Assembly: GCA_002721995.1 (NCBI GenBank)
Contig: PBMF01000019.1
Location: 6,102 to 70,101, forward strand
DNA from: Chloroflexota bacterium
Lineage (GTDB): Bacteria; Chloroflexota; Dehalococcoidia; Lucifugimonadales; UBA3495
DNA: 64,000 nucleotides
Direction: 5' to 3'
In this document: one piece after another, positions 8,568-19,041 of the stretch
Position numbering within the stretch: position 1 is the first letter of the stretch
How the letters are laid out: each line of letters opens with the position of its first letter
Program-made: the position numbers and the translations under genes
The notes under the pieces: model-generated
Database searches by the model: none
The model's input: only the letters and a program-made list of their open reading frames with translations
Told to the model about the DNA's origin: nothing

Positions 8568-9233
8568 TTGCAGCAACCGGACAAATTGGAGTTTAAGGCG
8601 GTCGTCTTCGACTGGGACCTGACCCTGTGGAACAGTTGGGACATCCACATGAACCTCATGCGGCAGACTGCCGACGCCCTGGGTTATCCCCGGCCCATCG
8701 CCGCTGACCTTGGTAAGGAATACTCCCGTCCCTTCCTTGAGCATCTGGCCTGGTTCTTCCCCGGCAACCAGAAGCAGGTGTTGGACATCTACATGGACTT
8801 CTACCACGCTGCCGTCTGGCAGGAACACCGAGTTTATCCGGGCGTGGTTGACCTGCTCCAAAAATTGAAGGACAGCGGATACCGCACCGGAATTCTTTCC
8901 GACAAGCGCCAGATGTTCGGCGTTCCCGAGTTCGAGCACTCCCAGTTGGAGAGTGTCGTGGACCTGGCCCAGTTCTTCGGTGAGGGTATGAGTCCCAAAC
9001 CCGACCCCGCCGGGCTCCAGGGTGTGATGGACTCTCTGGAAGTCTCGCCGACCGAGTGCCTATTCGTGGGGGACAGCCACCGTGACATAGAGTGCGCCCA
9101 GCGCGCGGGAGCCTGGAGCGGGGCGGCTTTGTGGGCGTCGGTGGAACCGGAGCGGGTCTTAGCTTTGGACCCCCAGTTCCAATGGGAGAAGATCGACGAC
9201 GTGCGGGTGACGCTGCGGCTGGACGGGAGATAA
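8568..9233 (+). CDS. HAD-family phosphatase (DxDxT type)
   Basis: Motif I is VVFDWDLTLWNS; motif IV is FVGDSHRDIECA. The ORF opens at 8511. TTG at 8568 is preferred because of the SD and the upstream TAGAAT. Confidence 0.75.
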   Translation: MQQPDKLEFKAVVFDWDLTLWNSWDIHMNLMRQTADALGYPRPIAADLGKEYSRPFLEHLAWFFPGNQKQVLDIYMDFYHAAVWQEHRVYPGVVDLLQKLKDSGYRTGILSDKRQMFGVPEFEHSQLESVVDLAQFFGEGMSPKPDPAGLQGVMDSLEVSPTECLFVGDSHRDIECAQRAGAWSGAALWASVEPERVLALDPQFQWEKIDDVRVTLRLDGR

Positions 9234-9240
9234 TCCGAAG

Positions 9241-10140
9241 CTAGACGGTTATCCCCAGCGACGCGGCGTTGTGCTGCTCGTCGGCGTGGTAGGAACTGCG
9301 GACCAGGGGCCCCGACGCAACGTGCTTGAACCCCATGGCCTCGCCCGCCTGGCGCAGTTCTTCGAATTCCCGGGGGTGATAGAAGCGGTCGATGGCCACA
9401 TGGCGGCGGGAGGGGCGCAGGTACTGGCCGATGGTGAGCAGGTCGCAGTCCACCTTCCGCAGGTCCTCCATGGTTTCCAGCACTTCCTCAGTAGTCTCGC
9501 CCATGCCCACGATGATGCCGGACTTGGTCACCGTTGCCGGGTCGATGTCCTTGGCCTTGGCCAGAAGCTCCAGCGAGAGCTCGTAATTGCCCTTGGGACG
9601 GACCTTGGGGAAGATGCGCACCGTGGACTCGATGTTGTGGTTGAGCACCGCCGGCCCGGCGTCGATCACCCGTTTCAGGGCGGGCCATGAACCACCGAAG
9701 TCAGGTATAAGCACCTCAACCCGGCAGTCCGGACTGGAATCCCTGATCTTGGTGATGCAGGAAGCGAAGATGTGGGCGCCGCCGTCGGGCAGGTCGTCTC
9801 GGTTCACCGAGGTGATGACGCAGTAACTGAGCCCCATCGCCTCCACCGTCTCGGCCACTCTCCGCGGTTCTTGCAGGTCCAGGCCGTTGGGGCGTCCCGT
9901 GGTCACCGCGCAGTAATGGCAGCGGCGGGTGCAGATCTCGCCCAGAATCATGAAGGTGGCGGTTCCCCGGTCCCAGCATTCGCCGATATTGGGGCAGTGG
10001 GCCTCCTCGCAGACCGTGTTCAGCCGCTGTCCCTTCATCAGGTTCTGGAGTTCCAGATAGCGGGGGCTGCCCGGCATCTTAACCTTTAGCCATTCGGGCA
10101 GGCGGGGTCTAATCTCCAATTTTTCGGGGCGTTGGGTCAC
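9241..10140 (-). CDS. lipA: lipoyl synthase
   Basis: CEEAHCPNIGECW auxiliary cluster motif and radical-SAM CTRRCHYC. GTG start. Confidence 0.93.
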   Translation of the reverse strand: MTQRPEKLEIRPRLPEWLKVKMPGSPRYLELQNLMKGQRLNTVCEEAHCPNIGECWDRGTATFMILGEICTRRCHYCAVTTGRPNGLDLQEPRRVAETVEAMGLSYCVITSVNRDDLPDGGAHIFASCITKIRDSSPDCRVEVLIPDFGGSWPALKRVIDAGPAVLNHNIESTVRIFPKVRPKGNYELSLELLAKAKDIDPATVTKSGIIVGMGETTEEVLETMEDLRKVDCDLLTIGQYLRPSRRHVAIDRFYHPREFEELRQAGEAMGFKHVASGPLVRSSYHADEQHNAASLGITV

Positions 10141-10192
10141 GGTTGCTCCAGTGGGATTGTGAGGTCTGCCGATTATACCAAGTAACCGGACC

Positions 10193-10804
10193 TTATAAGA
10201 GGGTTATGGGCGGGCGTTCGGGCCGCCGCCGTTCCGCCGCGATGATGGAATCTATGTCCGCCACCGCCTGGTCCAGATTGTCCTTCCGGTTCACCACCTG
10301 GTAATTGAACTGGCTGGCCAGCTTCATCTCTTCCGACGCCGTGTTCAGCCGCAGTTCCATCTCGGGGGTGGACTCGGTCATGCGCTGGGAGAGGCGTTCA
10401 TGCAGTTCGCTGAAGGAATAGGGGACCATGAAGATGAAGAGGGCGTCTGGGGCCATGGCGCGCACCGTGGCGGCGCCCTGGACATCGATCTTCAGGATAA
10501 CATCCTTTCCTGATGCCAGGCCGGATGTCACCTGGCTCTTGGGTACGCCGTACCAGTTCCCGTAGACCTGGGCGCACTCCACGAACTCGCTGCGGTCCTT
10601 CATGTCCAGGAAAGTGGGCTGGTCCAAGAAGATGTAGTCCTTGCCGTCCTGCTCGCCGGGGCGGATGGGCCGTGTGGTGGCGGTGACCACAAAATGCCAG
10701 GGGCGTTCCAGCTTTCTCAGTTCATTCAGGGCTGCGTCCTTGCCCACCCCTGAGGGTCCGGACAGGACCACCAATAAAGGCGTTTCCGCGGTCGTGTCGG
10801 CCAA
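10193..10804 (-). CDS. gmk: guanylate kinase
   Basis: P-loop LSGPSGVGKD and ATTRPIRPGE motif. TTG start. Confidence 0.9.
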   Translation of the reverse strand: MADTTAETPLLVVLSGPSGVGKDAALNELRKLERPWHFVVTATTRPIRPGEQDGKDYIFLDQPTFLDMKDRSEFVECAQVYGNWYGVPKSQVTSGLASGKDVILKIDVQGAATVRAMAPDALFIFMVPYSFSELHERLSQRMTESTPEMELRLNTASEEMKLASQFNYQVVNRKDNLDQAVADIDSIIAAERRRPERPPITLL

Positions 10805-10809
10805 CCTGG

Positions 10810-12132
10810 CTACCTTGCGTCCTGGGTGAGCAGGTCCAGGTCCCGCCAGAATTCGGGATAGGAAACGGAGGCGTCGGGCGCGCCGTGTACCGTGGTCTCA
10901 CCCCCGGCCAGGAGGCCAGCAACCGCCATGGACATGGCCAGGCGGTGGTCGCCGTGACTCTCGCAGTCGGCGCCGGTGAGCCGGCCGGTGCCGTGGATGA
11001 CCATGCCGTCTTCCCGGGCTTCGATGTTGGCGCCCAGCCGGGTCAGTTCGGCCACTGTGGTGGCGATGCGGTCGGATTCTTTTACTCGTAACTCGGCCGC
11101 GTCCCGAATCACCGTGTCGCCGGAGGCGAAACAGGCGGCCACGGCCAGGATGGGCACCTCGTCCAGTATCCGGGGGATCATGTCTCCGCCGATCTCGACT
11201 CCGTGCAGTTCAGCTGGCGAGATCTGCAAGTCGGCCACGGGCTCTCCACCCTCGGTGCGTTCGTCCACCAGCTTGAGCCCGTCTCCGGCGCCCATCTCCT
11301 GGAGAACATCCACGATGCCGGTGCGGCTGGGGTTCATGCCCACACCGCTGACCAAGATCCTGGCATCTCGCTGGCAGAGTCCGGCGACGATCCAAAAGGC
11401 GGCGGAGCTGATGTCGCCTGGCACGGTGATGTCCACCGCGTTGAGCTGGGTTGGGTGGACCGTCAGGTCCAGGCCGTCTTCCTCGACGTTGCCGCCCATG
11501 GCTGAGACCATGCGCTCGGTGTGGTCCCGGGAGAGGGCCGGTTGGTGGATAACGGTATCGCCCCGTGCGGAAAGGGCCGCCAGAATTATGGCCGATTTCA
11601 CCTGGGCGCTGGCCATGGGCAGGTCGTATTCGATGCCCTGAAGTTCGCCGCCGCGCACTGTCAGCGGGGCCAGGGAGTCGCTCTGCCGGCCCATGATCTG
11701 GGCGCCCATCTGCTTCAGAGGCAGGACGATCCTCTGCATGGGACGGCTGCGGAGGGACCCGTCTCCGGTGATGACTGAGACAAAGGGTTGGGAGGCCAGG
11801 ATGCCGGAAAGCAGGCGCATGGATGTGCCGCTGTTCCCTGCATCCAGAATGTCCGCGGGTTCCACCAATTGGGGGCCGCTGCCCTTGATGCGGTAGCTGC
11901 CTTCGGTGCCTTCCGGGTGGATATCAACCCCCATGGCCTGGAGGCAGTACATGGTGGAGATAACGTCTTCGCCGCCGGAGAGGCCCTGCACCAGGGCGTC
12001 TCCCTGGGCAATGGCGTTGAGGATCAACGAGCGGTGGGAGATGGACTTGTCGCCCGGCACCGAGAGCACGCCGCCCAGGGAGGCGGCACGGCCGACGCTG
12101 CGGGAAGGACTGGACGGAGGAGCGGTGCTCAT
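10810..12132 (-). CDS. aroA: 3-phosphoshikimate 1-carboxyvinyltransferase (EPSP synthase)
   Basis: VPGDKSISHRSLIL, NSGTSMRLL and VKESDRI motifs; 440 aa. Confidence 0.93.
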   Translation of the reverse strand: MSTAPPSSPSRSVGRAASLGGVLSVPGDKSISHRSLILNAIAQGDALVQGLSGGEDVISTMYCLQAMGVDIHPEGTEGSYRIKGSGPQLVEPADILDAGNSGTSMRLLSGILASQPFVSVITGDGSLRSRPMQRIVLPLKQMGAQIMGRQSDSLAPLTVRGGELQGIEYDLPMASAQVKSAIILAALSARGDTVIHQPALSRDHTERMVSAMGGNVEEDGLDLTVHPTQLNAVDITVPGDISSAAFWIVAGLCQRDARILVSGVGMNPSRTGIVDVLQEMGAGDGLKLVDERTEGGEPVADLQISPAELHGVEIGGDMIPRILDEVPILAVAACFASGDTVIRDAAELRVKESDRIATTVAELTRLGANIEAREDGMVIHGTGRLTGADCESHGDHRLAMSMAVAGLLAGGETTVHGAPDASVSYPEFWRDLDLLTQDAR

Positions 12133-12153
12133 GACGCCGATCGCCCGGCCTGG

Positions 12154-13167
12154 CTAGTCCTTTTTGAGCACGTCATTCTTTAGTCCGCCCATCATCTTCT
12201 TCTGGGCTTCCATGCCTCGGCGGCCAATGAACATCTCCGCCATGCTTTCGGCGAATGACGGGATGTCCGAGGACGGGCCATTTATCTTGTCCATGGTCGA
12301 AAAGATGCCGGCCTGCCAGCGGTCCCGGGCTTCCATGGCATCAACAAAGACCTGGTGCACGGATTCGGGGTCCGGCTCTTCTTCGGTGGCCAGCAGGTTG
12401 CGCAGGTCGTAGAGTTCTCTGATGTAGGCGTCCATCCAGGCCACGATGGGCTCGCGGTTGGTCATGCAGATGTCCCGGTGCATGATCGGGTCGCCGGACG
12501 CCAAGCGGGTCAGGTCTCCGAAGCCGGTCGACGCCAGAGGGCCGATGTCGTCCCAATTTGTGCTCTTGGAAGTACAGCCCATCAGCGCCACCGACATCAT
12601 AAAGGGCAGGTGGCTGGCGGCGGCCACAAAACTGTCATGCTCTTCCACTCCGATGAAGAAGGGTTTGGCGCCTATGGACTCTGCCAGGGTCGTAACCGAG
12701 GAGACGGCGGATTTTTCTGCCGTCGTGCTGGGGATTATGCAGTAGGGGCGTCCCTTGAACATGGTGCCGTCGGCGTTCTGGGGGCCGGACTTTTCCCGGC
12801 CGGCCATCGGGTGGCCGCCCACAAAGCTGACGGTCTTGGGCAGGACCTCTTCCGCCCACTGGAGCACCACGCGCTTTGAACTGCCGATGTCGGTGACGAC
12901 GCAGCCCTCTTCAAAGTCGCCGGCGGTGGCTTCCATCATCTCCCGCATGGACATGACCGGAGTGGCGAAGACCACCACGTCGGCGCCTCTGATAGCGTTG
13001 GATAGACGGGACTCCACTTTCTTGAAAGCGCCCGTTTTCTGGGCGCCGGAGCGGGCGGAACTGTCGTAGTCGGTGCCGACTACGTCCACCTGCAGGTTCG
13101 AGTCCTTGATGGCCAGGGCCAGGGAAGTGCCCATTAGTCCTGTGCCGACTATCGCTATCGTGGTCAA
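12154..13167 (-). CDS. tyrA: prephenate dehydrogenase
   Basis: Rossmann motif IAIVGTGLMGTSLA and GGHPMAG motif. Adjacent to aroA. TTG start with SD GGAGG. Confidence 0.85.
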   Translation of the reverse strand: MTTIAIVGTGLMGTSLALAIKDSNLQVDVVGTDYDSSARSGAQKTGAFKKVESRLSNAIRGADVVVFATPVMSMREMMEATAGDFEEGCVVTDIGSSKRVVLQWAEEVLPKTVSFVGGHPMAGREKSGPQNADGTMFKGRPYCIIPSTTAEKSAVSSVTTLAESIGAKPFFIGVEEHDSFVAAASHLPFMMSVALMGCTSKSTNWDDIGPLASTGFGDLTRLASGDPIMHRDICMTNREPIVAWMDAYIRELYDLRNLLATEEEPDPESVHQVFVDAMEARDRWQAGIFSTMDKINGPSSDIPSFAESMAEMFIGRRGMEAQKKMMGGLKNDVLKKD

Positions 13168-13291
13168 AGGGCCTCCGGGTGTAGGCAGGTAGCCAATTTG
13201 AGCGTGAAACGCCGTCCTGCCTGGGCGTCTATCTTACACCATTAGCTGCCTAGCCGGAACCTTGGTCGCCCGTGTTCGCCGTAGGGGAGGC

Positions 13292-14230
13292 CTACCTGCG
13301 GGAGGCCAGGGCAGCGGCCACGATGTCCGTGCGTACCATCTTTTCGTAGGACTGTCGTTCTTTGGCCAGGCCGGCGGATAGCAGGATATCGTGCAGGTTC
13401 TCGAATTGGGGTTGGTTTAGCGTCGGGTCGGTGGGCCAGTTGTTCTGGGCCTTGAGGCGGGCCACCGACTTTACCACCAGGTCCAGGGGGATGTCCGGGA
13501 AGAAATCTGCCACAGCCTCGCCCACCTCGGACGCGTCGTGACTGGCCAGCCAGTCCAGGGCGTTGGCATACCCCACGGTGAACCGGTGCACGGTGTCCTG
13601 CTGCTTCTCCAGGAACCCGTGGGTCGCCGCGAATGAACTGAAGGCCAGATGTCCGTTCTCCGGTCCCAGGGCCACCGCCAGATGGGCCGTGCCATCGTCC
13701 AGCAGTTCTTCTGCCGACGGTTGGGGCAGGTGGATGTACTCGGCTTGGCCATCGCGGAAGGCGGCCATGGCCTGTCTGATGTCCAGTCCGGTGAGCAGGT
13801 CCAGATCGCCGGGGTCGATGTCGTGCCGCTTGAGAGCGTAGGACAGGGAAGCCCAGGGCATGGGCGAGAAGCTGACGGGAATGAGCTTGGCGCCTCGCAA
13901 GGACTCCCACTGGAAGTCGTCCTGCTTGGTCCGGCTCAGGATGAAGAAGCCGTCCCGGGAATTGATCTCGGCAAAATGGACGGGCACCGTCTCCGCACCC
14001 CAGTCCGAGGCGATGATGGAGCGCATGATGCCGCTCTGGACGATATCCACCGCGCCGGCGTTCAGGGCGCTCATGGGGTGGGCGAATTCTGGTGGACACG
14101 TCTTGAAATCGACGTCCAAGCCCTCTTTTTCCAGGAAGCCGCCCGCCACCGAGACGTAGATGGGCGTGTAGAACAGGGTACGGATGACTTCGACCAGTCT
14201 CAGGGGCTGCCGGTTACTGTTTGATGCCAA
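13292..14230 (-). CDS. NMT1/THI5-like (ABC substrate-binding-fold) protein without signal peptide
   Basis: Periplasmic-binding-protein type II fold signature (FYTPIYVSVAGGFLEKEGLDV). No N-terminal hydrophobic leader. TTG start with SD AGGAGA. Confidence 0.6.
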   Translation of the reverse strand: MASNSNRQPLRLVEVIRTLFYTPIYVSVAGGFLEKEGLDVDFKTCPPEFAHPMSALNAGAVDIVQSGIMRSIIASDWGAETVPVHFAEINSRDGFFILSRTKQDDFQWESLRGAKLIPVSFSPMPWASLSYALKRHDIDPGDLDLLTGLDIRQAMAAFRDGQAEYIHLPQPSAEELLDDGTAHLAVALGPENGHLAFSSFAATHGFLEKQQDTVHRFTVGYANALDWLASHDASEVGEAVADFFPDIPLDLVVKSVARLKAQNNWPTDPTLNQPQFENLHDILLSAGLAKERQSYEKMVRTDIVAAALASRR

Positions 14231-14270
14231 GTTGTCTCCTAGTATTCGGTCCCGCCGGTCATCGGAAAGT

Positions 14271-15065
14271 CTAGGCGTTGAGGAAGGGCATCAGTTCGCC
14301 CAGGAATGCTTCGGGGTCTTCCACCTGGGGGATGTGACCGATGCCAGGTAGAAAGGCCGTGCGGGCGTTGACGATGTTGTTGTGCAACAACTCGGCGCCG
14401 TCCCTCAGCCGGTCCACATCGCCGTAGAGTACCATCGTGGATGAGGCCTTCACCAGCGGCAGGCGGGCCATGATGTCGTAGTGGGCCAGGGACTCCATCA
14501 GGTTGCCCACCCAGAGCCCGGCCTTGGCTCGGCTTGCGTTGTTGGCGTCCAGCCATTCCTGCTTGGGGTTGGCGAAGGTGGTGGCCTCTTTGAGGCTCTT
14601 CAGGGTGCGCGCTTTGGGCATGCCCTTGTCGTCGTACTGGCTGGCGGCTTCCTTCAGCCGTTCCTTGGCGGTGAAGGGACTCCACACGGGGCACCCCACC
14701 AATACCAGCTTGTCCACCCGTTCGGGGAAGCTGGCGGCGGTCTCCGTGGCGAGCACAGCCCCCACCGAGTTGCCGACCAGGTGGGCGCGGTGGATGTTCA
14801 ATACCTGACAGGCATGGTCCAGCGCCTGGGCGTAGTCCGGTAGGTTGAAGTGGCGGGCCGGTTTGTCCGAGTCGCCGTGGCCCAGCATATCGAAGGCGTA
14901 ACAGGTGTAGGACTCGCTGATGGAGTCTATGACGCTCTCCCACGTCCAGATTGACGTGCCCAGGGGGTGGAGCAGCACGACCGGATAGCCGCTGCCCTTC
15001 TTAACGAAGTGCATATTTCCCGCTGGAGTGGGAACGGTATCGGTCAGGTCTCGGCGTACGAACAT
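14271..15065 (-). CDS. alpha/beta hydrolase
   Basis: HGDSDKP, nucleophile elbow GNSVGA and C-terminal GHIPQVE. Confidence 0.82.
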   Translation of the reverse strand: MFVRRDLTDTVPTPAGNMHFVKKGSGYPVVLLHPLGTSIWTWESVIDSISESYTCYAFDMLGHGDSDKPARHFNLPDYAQALDHACQVLNIHRAHLVGNSVGAVLATETAASFPERVDKLVLVGCPVWSPFTAKERLKEAASQYDDKGMPKARTLKSLKEATTFANPKQEWLDANNASRAKAGLWVGNLMESLAHYDIMARLPLVKASSTMVLYGDVDRLRDGAELLHNNIVNARTAFLPGIGHIPQVEDPEAFLGELMPFLNA

Positions 15066-15369
15066 GGGGCCCTTCTCCTAAAAGCCTAAAGCCCTGCCGC
15101 AGGGGCGGTCAGGCGTAAGTTGGCGCTATCGTACTCACCGCTAGGCCCTCTGTCAATTTGGTTTGGACACCGTTTCAAATTTGACCTTTGGTGCCTGTTG
15201 TGGAAAAATTTGTCTTGGAACGGGACCCGCCAACGACTGGTTGGGACGACCTGTTCCCGTGCCCCGGCATCCCTTTGCAGCCAGACCTCGGCGCCCCGGC
15301 TTTAAGCTCAGAAACCGCCAAACCGGCCCAACGTAACACTCGCATACCTGATGGGTCACAGGGGGTAGG

Positions 15370-16881
15370 GTGATAGGTGAACCCACTTGGACTCGGGAAA
15401 AACTGCAACGGCTGGTCCACCGTGAGATCGGCGACTATCAGTTGATCGTCGTATCCAACCGCCAACCGTACGTCCACGAATTGGTTGAAGGCCGGATCAG
15501 CATCAACTCGCCGGCCGGCGGACTGACCACCGCCATCGATCCCCTCATGCAGGAGTGCGGCGGCACGTGGGTCGCCTACGGAGGCGGCGAGGGCGATTAC
15601 TACGCCGTTGACGAGAAGAACCGAGTCCAGGTCCCGCCCGATGACCCCTCCTATACGCTGCGGCTGGTCTGGCTCACTGAGCAGGAACAGAAGGGCTACT
15701 ACGCGGGGTTCTCCAATGAGGGACTCTGGCCCCTCTGTCACAACGCCTTCATCGAGCCGACTTTCCAGGCCGCCGACTGGGAGACCTACAAGACGGTGAA
15801 CAACGTGTTCGCCAGGCAGGTCTTGGACGAGATTGACGGCCGGCCCGCCGCGGTGTTTACCCAGGACTACCATCTGGCCCTGCTGCCCCGCCTGCTCAGG
15901 GAGGCCGATCCAGACATCATCACCGGTCAGTTCTGGCATATACCCTGGCCGACCTACGAGATATTCCGTATCTGCCCCTGGGGCGACCAATTGCTGGACG
16001 GTCTCCTGGGCAACGACCTGTTGGGCTTCCATATCGGCGACCATTGTGACAACTTCATGGAGGCCGCCTCCAGGGTCATCGGTTCCCAGGTGCACGATGA
16101 GTACAACCTGGTCTACCAGAAGGAGGAGCCGACCATCGTCCGGCCCTTCCCTATCAGCGTGGACTTCGAGGCGATCAATGAGGAGTCCCAGAGCCCGGAG
16201 GTGACGCTGGAGATTGAGCGGGTGATGGATGAGTTCGACCTGGGCGGCAAGGTTGTGGGTCTGGGTATCGACCGCATCGACTACACCAAGGGGATTCCAC
16301 ACCGCATCCGGTCCATCGGACGGTTCTTCGAGAAGAACCCCGAATATACCGGAAAGGTCGTCTTTGTCCAGGCTGGCGTGATGAGCCGGGCCAACATCCA
16401 CGCCTACCAACAATTGTCGGCGCAGATCGACCACGAACTTGAAGACGTCAATGGACGGTTCAGAACCGACAACTGGCAGCCCATCATCTATCTGCCGGAC
16501 AATCTGCCCGCGGTCACCCTGGCGGCCCTGCGGCGAATCGCCCGGTTCTGCGTGGTCAGTTCCCTGCACGACGGCATGAACCTGGTGGCCAAGGAATATG
16601 TGGCCAGCAGGTTCGACGAAGACGGCGTGCTGATTCTCAGTCCCTTCACCGGTTCGGCCCACGAGCTGACCGACTCGCTGATCGTGAACCCCTACGCCAC
16701 CGAGGAATTCGCCGATGCCATCTTGGACGCAGTGGAGATGCCCGTGGAAGAACGGCGGGAGCGCATGGTCAGGATGCGGGACGTGGTGGAGGAGAACAAC
16801 ATCTACATGTGGGCCGCCAGGCTCTTTGTGGACATGATGCAGGGAGCCCGCCGGTCCCGCCGGCCCATCCGGTCCCTTTAA
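15370..16881 (+). CDS. otsA: alpha,alpha-trehalose-phosphate synthase
   Basis: VSNRQPY and GLWPLCHN motifs; GT20 length. Followed by otsB. GTG start. Confidence 0.9.
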   Translation: MIGEPTWTREKLQRLVHREIGDYQLIVVSNRQPYVHELVEGRISINSPAGGLTTAIDPLMQECGGTWVAYGGGEGDYYAVDEKNRVQVPPDDPSYTLRLVWLTEQEQKGYYAGFSNEGLWPLCHNAFIEPTFQAADWETYKTVNNVFARQVLDEIDGRPAAVFTQDYHLALLPRLLREADPDIITGQFWHIPWPTYEIFRICPWGDQLLDGLLGNDLLGFHIGDHCDNFMEAASRVIGSQVHDEYNLVYQKEEPTIVRPFPISVDFEAINEESQSPEVTLEIERVMDEFDLGGKVVGLGIDRIDYTKGIPHRIRSIGRFFEKNPEYTGKVVFVQAGVMSRANIHAYQQLSAQIDHELEDVNGRFRTDNWQPIIYLPDNLPAVTLAALRRIARFCVVSSLHDGMNLVAKEYVASRFDEDGVLILSPFTGSAHELTDSLIVNPYATEEFADAILDAVEMPVEERRERMVRMRDVVEENNIYMWAARLFVDMMQGARRSRRPIRSL

Positions 16882-16889
16882 CCCGATCG

Positions 16890-17672
16890 ATGCCCCACCT
16901 GTTGAATGTCTGGCCCAGCGTCAGCCGCCAACTGTCCAGCGCCCACCGGGTGCTGCTGCTCTTTGATTACGACGGGACTCTGACCCCCATAGTCGCCCGG
17001 CCCGAGATTGCCACCCTGACGGAAGAGACCCGCCAGAGATTGACCACCCTGTCCCGGATGGACCGGTTCGTGGTCGGAGTCGTAAGCGGCCGCTCCCTGG
17101 CCGATGTGGAGTCCCTGGTGGACGTACCGCGCGTGGTCTACGCCGGTAATCATGGCCTGGAGATCAGCGGCGGCGGCAACGACTATGTTCACCCCCAAGC
17201 GCCTTCTTACGTGGCCGAATTGTCCGAGATCACCGAGACCTGCGAGAAAGAACTGGCTGGGATTCCAGGCATCCTGGTGGACAACAAACGGCTCACGCTC
17301 ACGGTCCATTTCAGGAGCACTCCCGACCGGTACAGCGGGCAGGTAGATGCCGTCGTGGTGGCTGCTGCCGCTCCCTACGTCGAGGTGGGCCGGATGAAGG
17401 TCACCAGGGGTAAAAGGGTGGTGGAGGTCAGGCCAAACCTTGACTGGGACAAGGGCAAGGCCATCTTGAAGATCAGGGAAGACTGCGGTGACCGTCCGCT
17501 GCCGGTCTTCTTCGGGGACGATCAGACAGATGAGGACGGGTTCTCGGTGGTACAGGATCTGGGGGGGCTGGCGGTATTCATCGGGCCGCCCCGGGAGCGG
17601 ACAAAGGCGCTCCACCAACTGGAGTCGCCCGCCGAGGTCGGACAGGTCTTGGCGCTTCTGGCCGGGCTTTAG
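16890..17672 (+). CDS. otsB: trehalose-phosphatase
   Basis: HAD motif LLLFDYDGTLTPIV and FFGDDQTDEDGF. The ATG at 16890 lies just after the otsA stop. Confidence 0.88.
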   Translation: MPHLLNVWPSVSRQLSSAHRVLLLFDYDGTLTPIVARPEIATLTEETRQRLTTLSRMDRFVVGVVSGRSLADVESLVDVPRVVYAGNHGLEISGGGNDYVHPQAPSYVAELSEITETCEKELAGIPGILVDNKRLTLTVHFRSTPDRYSGQVDAVVVAAAAPYVEVGRMKVTRGKRVVEVRPNLDWDKGKAILKIREDCGDRPLPVFFGDDQTDEDGFSVVQDLGGLAVFIGPPRERTKALHQLESPAEVGQVLALLAGL

Positions 17673-18124
17673 CCCCTGCCGTTTTGCTCCACCCGGGTCA
17701 GCTTGTCCAGCCGGCGCTGGAACCGGGGTTCGGGGATGAACGAGGCCCCCAAGAAGGCTTCCAAGACTGCCTTGGCAAGCTCGATGCCGATGACTCTTCC
17801 GCCGATGCAGACCACGTTCATTGCGTCATGTTCCACACCCTGGTGGGCTGTGTAGGTGTCGTGACAAAGGCAGGCCCGGATGCCCTTCACCTTGTTGGCG
17901 GTGATGCAGGCGCCGACACCGCTGCCGCAGATGATGACTCCCCGCTCTGAATCGCCGGAACAGACGTCGTTGGCAACTGCGGCGGCAAAGTCCGGATAGT
18001 CGTCGTCGGGGTCCATGGCATGGGCCCCCAGGTCATTTATCTGATGCCCCGCAGACTCCAGCCAGGCGACGATCTCATTCTTGAGTTCAAACCCGGCGTG
18101 GTCTGCCCCGATGGCTACTTTCAT
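17669..18124 (-). CDS. rpiB: ribose-5-phosphate isomerase B
   Basis: MKVAIGADHAGFELK and ICGSGVG motifs. Its stop overlaps the otsB stop. Confidence 0.9.
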   Translation of the reverse strand: MKVAIGADHAGFELKNEIVAWLESAGHQINDLGAHAMDPDDDYPDFAAAVANDVCSGDSERGVIICGSGVGACITANKVKGIRACLCHDTYTAHQGVEHDAMNVVCIGGRVIGIELAKAVLEAFLGASFIPEPRFQRRLDKLTRVEQNGRG

Positions 18125-18261
18125 TGGTCCACCCCAACCTGGGAATCGCTTCATCCTAACAACGACCCAAGCATACTCACTGGGTCAATCGGGCGCAAGA
18201 CCGGACCCTGGAGGCACATTCTCTTTCCCCTTCCCCATTTCCGTTTCGACCGGATGCCGCC

Positions 18262-18272
18262 TGTGATAGAAT
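18262..18272 (+). promoter_or_regulatory. candidate extended -10 promoter element (TGTGATAGAAT)
   Basis: Identical 15-mer to the metG upstream element. Lies 62 nt upstream of the HAD gene ATG at 18334. Confidence 0.45.
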
Positions 18273-18333
18273 TTTCCAGTCTCAGTTGGGCCCTTCGTGC
18301 CCTCGTTCCCGGCCAAATCTTAAAGTTGGTCAA

Positions 18334-19041
18334 ATGATCAAAGCGGTATCCTTCGACTTCTACAACACCCTGGTACGGTTCTGGCCGCCCCTGGAAGATA
18401 TTCAGCAGGCCGCATGCCGGGAGCAGGGGTTGGAAGTCTCAAAAGAAGCCATAACCCGCGGTTATGCCGTGGCCGATATCTACTTCAACCGGGAGAACGA
18501 GAACCGGTCCCTGGGCCAACGCTCCGAGGAAGACCGCCTGGACTTCTTCTCCCGCTACGAAAAGATAATCCTGGATGAAGCCGGCTTTCCGGTGGACCTG
18601 GAAACGGCCAGAAAGGTCTGGCTGGGCACCACCAAGATCCCCAAGGACTTCGCCCCCTTCGATGATACGGTCCCCGCGCTGAAGGCGTTGCAGGAATCGG
18701 GCTACAAGCTGGGAATCATCACCAACCTGCGGCGGGACATGAACGAGATTTTTCAGCGTCTGGGCCTGTCGCCCTACCTGGATTTCACGGTCAGCTCCGA
18801 AGAGGCGGGAATCGAGAAGCCCCACGCCCCCATCTTCATGGCGGCGTTGAAGAAAGCCGAGGCCGCGCCGGAAGAGGTGGTCCACGTCGGCGACCAGATA
18901 CGCTCCGATGTCATGGGCGCCAACGATGCCGGCATGCAGGGTGTGCTCATCGACCGGACCGGCCACACCTCAGAGGGCGCCGAATGCCCCACCATCTCCA
19001 GCCTGTCTGAGCTGCCCCAACTGCTGAAGAGCCTGGCCTAA
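18334..19041 (+). CDS. HAD-family hydrolase, haloacid-dehalogenase-like (DxYxT motif I)
   Basis: VSFDFYNTLV, ITNLRRD and HVGDQIRSDVMGA motifs. Confidence 0.78.
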   Translation: MIKAVSFDFYNTLVRFWPPLEDIQQAACREQGLEVSKEAITRGYAVADIYFNRENENRSLGQRSEEDRLDFFSRYEKIILDEAGFPVDLETARKVWLGTTKIPKDFAPFDDTVPALKALQESGYKLGIITNLRRDMNEIFQRLGLSPYLDFTVSSEEAGIEKPHAPIFMAALKKAEAAPEEVVHVGDQIRSDVMGANDAGMQGVLIDRTGHTSEGAECPTISSLSELPQLLKSLA

